Shown in pieces: positions 54,741-64,000 of a stretch of 64,000 bases of DNA (its first letter is position 1; every line of letters starts with the position of its first letter). The notes below the pieces were generated by a model. It did not search any database. It saw only the letters and a list, made by a program, of their open reading frames with translations, and was not told the origin of the DNA. The stretch lies in assembly GCA_964016885.1 (NCBI GenBank), contig OZ024749.1:35278001-35342000 (forward strand), given 5' to 3'. The position numbers and the translations under genes are program-made. Source of the stretch: Eledone cirrhosa. Taxonomy: Eukaryota.

Positions 54741-55779
54741 TTAGGAATTTTAATTAAGATTATTTTAAAATACGAAATCAAATTGTTATCAATAAATGTA
54801 TCTTTAATGTTATATTAGTTAAATATTAGCTAGAAGTTTCTTTTCCTTTTTCTTTTGAAATTCTAAATTGGTTTTAAATTTAAAAAAAGACAAGAAAATA
54901 TATTTTTTTCATTTAATAAAATTCAATATTTTTTATAATTGTGTTAATTTAAAAATTAATACGACAGGTAGTACAATGGATATTCTCTGAAACATTCTAA
55001 CTACACAGCCATATATATTCTCTGTGATTATGATGATGATTTTTGAAGATGTCCATATTTTTAATTTCTTTAATTCCATCAGATTATATAAAGTCAACTA
55101 ATGTTTTCTCCTTTCTACTTTTTTCCAAGTTTAAATTCTCCAAATGATGCAAAACAGAAATTAAAGACAAATTTGTTTGAGAAATAATTTGTAGAGAGCC
55201 ATGAAGATTAAAAATAGAAATTAGATGGTTTTCTTTTAATAATTTGCAGAAATTACTAAATTATAGGAATTTAATTGACAGAATTGGCGAGAATAACAAC
55301 ACCAAATGCTGTAAATGTGTCACATGATGTGAGGTAGGGTGTTGCAATGTTAATAGTGTCTTAGTGACATTTTCAACCAGAGCCAGTACCTGGGTATTTA
55401 GTGCCAGAGGACCCCTGTTCAACCAATTATGTTCTATATTCAACCAAATAAAATAATTTCAACTTATAATTTGGTAAGCTGACAAACATAGTTTTTAACA
55501 TTTCTTGCTCTGACTACATTAAGAAAATTTCTAAGCTTGCATTTTTTACCACACAGTCCACACACACCTATGTTACCAGTCATAACATCATACTACCCTT
55601 TCACTGCTTAAGATATTTCCCCAATGCTGTTATGTAGCAAAGATATTTAATGATTTATTTATTGATCATAGTAACTATGGAGGTTCTATGTCCAGCACTT
55701 CTCTCTATATCTTCCCTATCTTTGAAGATTCTTGCAACTCCTTTTTCCAAACATTAAAACATTACCTGTTTTGGAGATA

Positions 55780-56190
55780 TTATGAACACAACTCCCTGCA
55801 TATCTCATCTGTCATAATGAAACTATGAACTGTATGAACACTGCTCCTGCCCTCCATATTTCACCTGTCTTGGAGGGTTTATGATGGCCCTGAACACTGG
55901 GCCTTCTTCCCTCAGATCTCACTGGCCTTGTGAGACCTGCGATGGCCATGATCACTGGGCCTTCTTCTTTCAGATCTCACTGGCCTCGTGAGACCTATGA
56001 TGGACATTAGCACTGGGCCTTCTTTCCTCATATCTCACCAACTGTGTGAGATTTGTAATGGTCCTAAGAAATGGGGCTTCTTCCTCAAAAATCTTACTGG
56101 CAGAGTGAGACTTATGAAGGACAGAAACACTGCACCTTTCTCCATATCCCACCTGTCCTGGAGGACATGTGAAGGTCATGATGACTGATC
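55780..56190. repeat. 58-bp degenerate tandem repeat with an internal hairpin
   Basis: CACTGGGCC at 55895, 55953 and 56011; TCTCAC-n7-GTGAGA hairpin in the central units. Confidence 0.8.
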
Positions 56191-56369
56191 CTTCCCTCAA
56201 ACAATTGAAAAAATAAAAAAATAAAGCCACTTTAATATAAAATAAGATTTGACAGCTAAAGTTAACATTATTAATATCAACCCGTAGTTTCAGTAATATA
56301 TAGAGAATACTTTTATAAAGTATCAATATTATTTTATATCAAGTGTAATGGCTCAGCCAGCTCTATACC

Positions 56370-56697
56370 ACACACGCACACACACATACATATATATATA
56401 TGTACATACATTTATATATACATGCATACATTTATATATATTTATATATATATATATATATACATGCATAAATATATATTTACATATATATATATATACA
56501 TGCATATATATATATTTACATATATATACATACATATATATATTTATATATAAACACATGCATATATATATTTATATATACCTATCTATCTATCTATATA
56601 TATATATTCATATATATATCCATATATATATATTCATACATATATAATTATATATATATTCATACATATATATCCATATATATATATCCATATATAT

Positions 56698-56760
<63 letters not shown>

Positions 56761-56820
56761 CACATATATGTTTCTGTGCATATACACAGACACATTCATA
56801 AACAGACACATGTATATATA
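56370..56820. repeat. Compound (TA)n microsatellite
   Basis: TA-rich run. Confidence 0.95.
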
Positions 56821-57206
56821 TCTTTTGTTGTTTTCTCTGTTATTAAATCAAAATGTTTCTCTATAACCTCACAGTTTTATGTCGACAATGAAGAGATAGA
56901 GAGTAGGTTGTTAAAATATTTTCAATGAGAAGATAATAAAAATATAATTATGGGGTGAAAATGTGACCAATATGAAGAGAAAATAAATATATATTTTAAA
57001 CATAGGGGAAAGAAGGATATATACACATATATACACGTATGTATGTATGAATGTGTGTGTGTATATATATATATATATCCATTTTTACGTGCTAGGTTAA
57101 GTGTAATATGTTTGATAATAAAATATTCCATCAATAGACCTAATCTGATGTAATAAGTAATACTGCATGGCATATATATATTAACTACAGTAAGATCATA
57201 ACATAC

Positions 57207-57625
57207 ATACTGGATATAATTGTTTCTACTTTTGGCACAAGGCCAGCAATTACCCAGTACATTACTGGTACTTTATTTTATCGACCCCGTAAGGATGAAA
57301 GGCAAAGTTAACCTCGGCGGAATTTGAACTCAGACCGTAAAGGGACTAACTATACTGGAAAGCATGGCGTCCGACTCTCTACCGATACTGCCAATCCACT
57401 GCCCTTATATACTGGATATAATTGTTTCTACTTTAGGCACAAGGCCAGCAATTACCCAGTTCATTACTGGTACTTTATTTTATCGACCCCGTAAGGATGA
57501 AAGGCAAAGTCAACCTCGGCGGGATTTGAACTCAGATCGTAAAGGGACGTAACTATGGTGGAAAGCATGGCGTCCGACTCTCTACCGATACTGCCAATCC
57601 ACTGCCCTTATATACTGGATATAAT
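57207..57625 (-). mobile_element. Tandem dimer of SINE family 2 with a triplicated 14-bp target site
   Basis: ATACTGGATATAAT at 57207, 57409 and 57612 separating two full SINE copies. Confidence 0.93.
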
Positions 57626-57749
57626 ACTACATATACACTGGCTATAATACCACACACACTCAACAAACACACTAATCGTAATACCACACACACTGACTGT
57701 AATACCACACACACATACATGCTATATCTGCATTGGATCTCTTTTGATT

Positions 57750-58180
57750 CTGATGATGAGTATTCCACAGACACATGTACTATTAACATAATTCTCAGGG
57801 AGATTTAGCATTACACAACATGTGACAGGGCTGGCCCTTTGAATTACATGTACAACTAAATTTTTCACGTTGGGTGGACTGGAACAATATGAAATTAATT
57901 GTTTCTACTTTACGCACAAGGCCAGCAATTATCCCAGTACATTACTGGTACTTTATTTTATCGACCTCATAAGGATGAAAGGCAAAGTCAACCTCGGCGG
58001 GATTTGAACTCAGATCGTAAAGGGACGTAACTATGCTGGAAAGCATGGCGTCCGACCCTCTACCGATACTGCCAATATGAAATTAATGCTTTGCTAAAGG
58101 ATACAAAATGACACAGGTAATTGAACTCACATGCTTATGTTTGGGAGTTGAACATCCTAACCACTAAGCTATGTGCCTTT
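57750..58180 (-). mobile_element. Old tRNA-derived SINE with a nested family 2 SINE (57900-58072; 15-bp TSD)
   Basis: CAATATGAAATTAAT at 57885-57899 and 58073-58087; host head CCTAACCACTAAGCTATGTGCCT at ~58156-58178. Confidence 0.85.
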
Positions 58181-58583
58181 ATTGTCAAGAGTAGCCCTCT
58201 ACTAAGTGTTATACTGATTGCTAGAACATTGGATAGAATGCTTCACAGTATTTGTTCTGGCTCTCTGCATTCTGAGTTCAAATCACTCTGAAGACAACTT
58301 TGCCTTTCATCCTTTTGAGGTCAATAAAGGAAGTACCAGGGTGAATTCTTCCTCTATATCTCTTTCTCACCTTCTCTCTCTCTTTGTCTGGAGAGAATCA
58401 GCCGTGTTTAGACTTAGAAAGGGATGGGCTTTGCCAGGTTTAAAGGACGAAGATATACTATATATCAATGTGGTGTCCTTGTGACTCCACGATTTGTTAA
58501 AGGTCCATGACATGGCATACTGATCAAGTTCTCAATATATATATATATACAAAATTTCAATAGAGAGGAGACATTTGAGCCTC

Positions 58584-58722
58584 TATTTGACCAGCTATAG
58601 AGTTTAATCCCTCTCTTCTGATCCAGTACTAATGAGGGGAGTTAACTCTTTGATCTGGTTTCATAAATATAAAACACACTCGAGAAAGTGAAGGACTTCT
58701 CCTTTCCTTTCAATCAGAAATA
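58584..58722 (-). ncRNA. Degenerate hammerhead-like motif with an extended stem III
   Basis: Minus strand TATTT-CTGATTGA...TGAAAC-CAG-[long imperfect stem]-CTG-GTC-AAATA; (TA)n nearby. Confidence 0.4.
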
Positions 58723-59307
58723 AACGTGAAAGATGCTGGCATGAAACTCATTATCAACACATCTAAGAAGTAACTACAGACAATGGAAATAATGTTCCAT
58801 AGAACATTAAAAATGATGATGAATTACACACATACAAATATATGTGTGAATGTGTATGTATCTATTTTTGTGCGTATCTGTATGTATGTATTTTGTGTAT
58901 GTATGTGAAAAAAAAAATGAAATTTACAATTCACATCTAAGTTTAGCTAATCTCCTAAGTTGTATCTCATTAGGGGGGGTTCTCAGATGTTTTAATGATA
59001 GGGGCCCTGGCTCTATCATTAAAAGCAAGGTGAAGAATACAATGTGCCACTGGGTCCAGGAATTGAATCCACAACCTTATGATCATAAGTCCAGCATCCT
59101 ACCCACTAGGCCACATGTGGCTAACCAAACAAACGTGTTTTCTCTCCCAAAAACTTTTTTCCATTTTTTCACCTTCTTACTCTCGTCTATCTTTCCAGTT
59201 CTTTTATTTCTCATTCTATCTTCTGAAGAAAGACTAAGTATTAAACTAATATATATCTTCATTGTACTGCATCGTTTTGCTGTGTCTTTTATCTGTTTAC
59301 TTTTCTC

Positions 59308-59344
<37 letters not shown>

Positions 59345-60101
59345 GACAGTGAATTTTGAAAAGTTGTTAAACCATAAGACAAAATAAGGCAATAAAAAAA
59401 ATAATTCTAGTTTCTCAAAAAAGCCTTTAATCAAAGATGGAACTGTTTTCATCTCTTCAGAAATTAACAAAGATTATAACTGAAATTTGTTTTTACACAA
59501 AGGATGATTTCATGTTTAAATTTGTTTATAAAAACAAGAAAAAAACTCCCCCAAAACAAAGCAAACATTATAAGCTGTAAAAAAATATTTCATTTCAAAT
59601 CAAATTATAGAGTAATTCTGATTTAAACAGTTGAATCAAGAAAACATTTGTTCTAATGATTATTATAGTTAATATTTGCAGTATTTTTATTTTTGTAGCT
59701 TATATTCATTATTTTAATGTTGGCATGGCAAAGAAAAATAAATATGAAATTTATAGCTAACACTTATGTAGGTTTAGTTAACCTCCTACAAGGTTATATC
59801 TCATAGGAGGTTTTAATTTAAAGGGCCCCAGTCCTATCATGTGAAGCAACATTTTATGCTGGTTTCAACACATTACATGAGATATAATAATATAATATAT
59901 CAGTTATTTACTGCACTGTCATGTAGAAACAGATGCAATTCAACTTTTCTGATTTCAGGTTAGTTTTGATAAAATAAAATTAAGATTCTATTCTATTCCA
60001 TTTTATTCCAATATGCCACCATGGCATCAGTAACTAGAAAATATTTCTTGATTTCACACAAAATTTTCAATATAAAATAGATAAGTAGGAAAGTCACTTA
60101 C

Positions 60102-60132
60102 CGCAGTCTCAGCTAGATTCACTGTCACTCCT
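60102..60132 (-). CDS. Candidate 31-nt micro-exon (xGVTVNLAETA)
   Basis: Strong acceptor tcttatatttccag and consensus donor G|GTAAGT; only one frame open; GC-richer than the flanks. Confidence 0.4.
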
Positions 60133-61429
60133 CTGGAAATATAAGATATATTAGAGATATATTAAAGATATCATCATATCTTTTGTAGGTTTGTGTTTTT
60201 TTTTTGTTATCTTATTTCAACACTTCTGTTTGACTACCAGTTTTCATTAACTCCCAGTCACTAAAGCACACACACACACACTCACACACTCACACACACA
60301 CACACATATATATACACATACACATATATAACCATCATCAACATTTTATATCTATTTTCCTTGCTTTCATTGGTTAGACCAAATATATATATGAATAGTT
60401 CATTTAGCATGCTAGCAATGGTTGAATATATATATATATATATCATCACCATCGTTTAACATTCACTTTCCTTGCTATCAAGGGTTGGATGGGTCTACAT
60501 AGACCAAGTCAGTACTGAAGCAGTACTACTGACCACTCCAATAGGCCGAGGGAAAACAGACTTTAAATGATGATGATGATATATATATATATATATGTAG
60601 GGTACATTACAACGCAGACACACAGATGCCATAATGGGCTATATATATATATATAATAATAATCATCATTTCATGTCTGTTTTCCTATGCTGGCTTGAGT
60701 TGGATGAGTTGTTACAGACCAAGTCAGTACTTAATCAGAGCTACTGTCCTTCCAGACAGGTGCAGGACCACTTCTCCCTCTCTCTTTCTATACATATATA
60801 TACACACAGACATCTCTATATTGGGTAGATCACACACATCTATTATATATATATATAAAGTGTTGCGTAATTTACAACACAGAGATGCTGTACATTGATA
60901 AAATATTGCATAAAACAACCCAATATTTACTCAAGATTTCTTTTCATAAAAGTCACAGTGTGTTTTTATATTATTTTTATTGTATTATTACTATTTTAAT
61001 TAACAATGTAAACATGAACAATTGCCAATCAGATAAACAGATTGACCAGAAAGGCACTAGCAGGACTTTCGATGTTAACATACAACTTATTATAATTACA
61101 TAGTAAAAAAATATATAAAACTCCATAGAATGTTCAGCTGGAACTTTTCCAAACCTGGCAGTAATCTTAAAAGATAACATTTCTTTTTACTTTACTGTAA
61201 TAGTCCTGTGTGGTGTGGGCGGTCATGGTGGAAATATTTATAAATGTTTTTAAAAGAGTTTCAAAATCAATCGGATATTATTTAGCAATAACCAATTTTT
61301 GGTCCAACTTGATTCTTAAACGGGAGGTGCTTGACTCCTAGGGGATAACTTTTAGCCAAAGGAGGAATTAGGGGAGAATGTTAGTTGTTAGTCAGGGGAG
61401 AATACACAAACTGGGAAATAACTGTGTAC

Positions 61430-61630
61430 ATCGTCTACCAATATACCCTACAATAGTGTATATTGAGTACATATCAATATATCCAATTATAATGAACATT
61501 GTGTACATATCAAATTAAATACCAATATACCCAACTATAGTGTACATTATATCAAATAAATACCAATATATCCAACTATAGTGTCCATTGTGTATATATC
61601 AAATGAAATAATAATATATCCAACTATAAT
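61430..61630. repeat. Degenerate ~40-47 bp tandem repeat
   Basis: CCAATATA(C/T)CCAACTATAGTGTACATT units. Confidence 0.7.
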
Positions 61631-61817
61631 GGTGATTAATTATTGAGTCTTGAAAAATTTGCTGAAGTTATTAAGGTTCCCAGGTGAAAAATGACCAAAT
61701 TAATAACAGCTCGAAATGGGAGAGGAATTGAGAAAATCTGAAAATGCAAGGGGAAGTATGTGTCCTGGGGTTCTGAGAAACACTGGTCTGACTACAACAG
61801 CACATGATTCTATACTT

Positions 61818-62281
61818 GATAGTGCTGTCTACCTATAGACTCACAGAACTATAGTCTTGGTTATTCAGCTAAGTATGACCGTTCAAAGTGCTGTTTGATG
61901 ACCGTTCAAAGTGCCGTTCAAAGTGCTGTCTCTCAGAACTGTATGAGCTAAGTATGAGAACTCATAGTCGTATCTACTATAGACTCAGTCTTAGATATTG
62001 AACTAAGTATGGGAGCTCATAGTGTTGTCTAACTATAGACTCACAGAACTGTAGTATAATTATTGAGCTAAGTAAAACAGCTCATTGTGGTGTCTAACTA
62101 TAGACTCACAGAATTGTAGTCTTAGATATTGAGCCAAGTAAAACAACTTATAGTGCTGTCTAACTTACTCGCACAGAACTGTAGTCTTAGTCATTGAGCT
62201 AAGTATGAGAGCTCATAGTGTTGTCTAACTACAGACTCTCAGAGCTGCAGTCTAGTTATAGACTCACAGAACTGTAGTCTG
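61818..62281. repeat. Degenerate ~65-bp tandem repeat
   Basis: TAGTGCTGTCTAACTATAGACTCACAGAACTGTAGTCTTAGATATTGAGCTAAGTA units. Confidence 0.8.
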
Positions 62282-62462
62282 AACCCCTCCATGACCAAAT
62301 CATTAATGAAATACACTACATTTGAATTAATTGATTAAGAATTTGGAGGGATCTAATCAAATTATTAATTATTTGATTACTAAGATGGTATTTGTAAAAT
62401 AGTTTAACAAAAATTTCTTATATCAAATTGTGTTGGAAAATATTAATTTGAATAGGAAACAT

Positions 62463-62770
62463 TTAACCCTTTTGTGACCTTATTTCTATGAAATCCCCTA
62501 TTTCAATTCAATTACATAATGAAGAATTTTGAGAGATTTACTAAAATTATTAATTACTTCATCACTAAGAAAGTGACTTAACACATGATTTTTATATATA
62601 ATTAAGTTAGATGATATTATTTAAAATTGGAACCCCTTAAAATAGGTGGTTTTATTTTTTATAGAACCAGAAGCAGTTTTAGCTGGGCTCGTATGAAAAT
62701 GATAAAAATAGGTGGGATTATTTCATAGAACCAGAGGCATTTTTGGGTGGGTTAGTATCAATAAGGTTAA
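62463..62770. mobile_element. piggyBac-like MITE family 2, opposite orientation
   Basis: TTAACCCTTTTG ... GTATCAATAAGGTTAA with TTAA at both ends. Confidence 0.6.
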
Positions 62771-64000
62771 TTCTACTCTTTACAGTACTGTATTTACTAT
62801 TGTGCTTAGGTGTTCTTAAACATAGGGCCCCATTGCTCCCAGGGGGTGGGGATCTTCCTGCCAAAAAGATTTTTTACGATGAATTTTTCAAATGTTTTTC
62901 AAATGTAAAACGTTCAAAGGGGCTTCATAACTTAACTAACACAGGGCATCATTTGTACTAAATTCAGCACTAGCTCTCTACCTTCCATCATTTAATCTAG
63001 TGGAACATCCAGGATGTGATAGCTGGAAGGAAAGAGAGTGAGTTCTGTACAAGTACTGGGATGGCACCCAGAATAGATGGATAGCAAAGTAAACCTCAAC
63101 AGAATTTGAACTCCAAGTGCAGAGATCCAGAAAGAAACATCCAACACTCTAACAACAATGCCAAATCGACTGCGTTACTGATATTTATATAATAATAGAT
63201 AAAATGAATTAATCATAAAATATTATTAAAAAAACATTCACCAACAGACACACCACCACAACCACCACCACCCTCCATTATACATATATACACACTGGAT
63301 GATTGTTGTTTATCACATGGTGGATGATGATATATCATCGTTTGTCAGGCAACATCTAATGTATCACAGCAATTAGCTAACGAAGACTTAACTTTAGCCA
63401 TAATCAATGGTAGACATGAACTTCAGCCATTAAAGTGGTTGGTCTATCTATTAGAAAGTTTAGCAGAACTCACAAGAACCAGGGTCAACACAACTTCACA
63501 GAACTGATAATACAAACGTGTGTGTATATATATATGTTTGTTTATCTGTCTGTGTGTATGTCTGTGTGTATGTATGTATGGTTGCATGTGTATGCACACA
63601 CGTGTATATGTGTACGCGTGTGTGATATATATATATATATATATATATATGAATATATGTATAAGTTCAGTTCATCAGACCCTGGTCAGCACAACTTCAT
63701 ATATTGATAATACAAATTTGTGTGTGTGTATATATATGCACATATGTGTGTATGTATGCACATATATATGTGTGTGTGTGTGTGTATATATATGTGTATG
63801 AGTGCATTTATGTGTGTGTGTATATATATATATATATATGTGTGTGTGTTTGTGTGTGTTTATGTATGTTTGTGTGTGCATATGTATGTACGTGTATATG
63901 GTCAGTAAAGCAGGAAGACCAGTGATAACAGACCCCCACCGCCATCACAACCACCCCCATCGCCACCACCATCAACATCCCAGTATAATTTTAAAAGCCT

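Overview
AT-rich, repeat-saturated animal genomic DNA with no prokaryotic features and no intact protein-coding ORF. The SINE types and microsatellite load resemble an octopus (cephalopod) genome; this is an inference from pattern recognition. Contents: long (TA)n/(CA)n/trinucleotide microsatellites; 24-, 37-, 40-, 46-, 58- and ~65-bp minisatellites; two abundant SINE families; 5'-truncated non-LTR retrotransposon fragments (RTE, CR1, R4/Dong-like, CRE-like); TTAA-flanked piggyBac-like MITEs; and a few possible minus-strand micro-exons, so the window may be intronic. The most notable signal is a dispersed set of short (~100-200 bp) elements in or beside (TA)n tracts. They carry type I hammerhead-ribozyme motifs (one nearly intact at 15183-15223), often a 5' fold-back copy of the sequence just downstream of the cleavage site, and in several cases a shared GTATTGAGTAC-like 3' box. 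They look like non-autonomous Penelope-like/retrozyme-type elements from several subfamilies. Almost all ORFs in the supplied track are translations of simple repeats.
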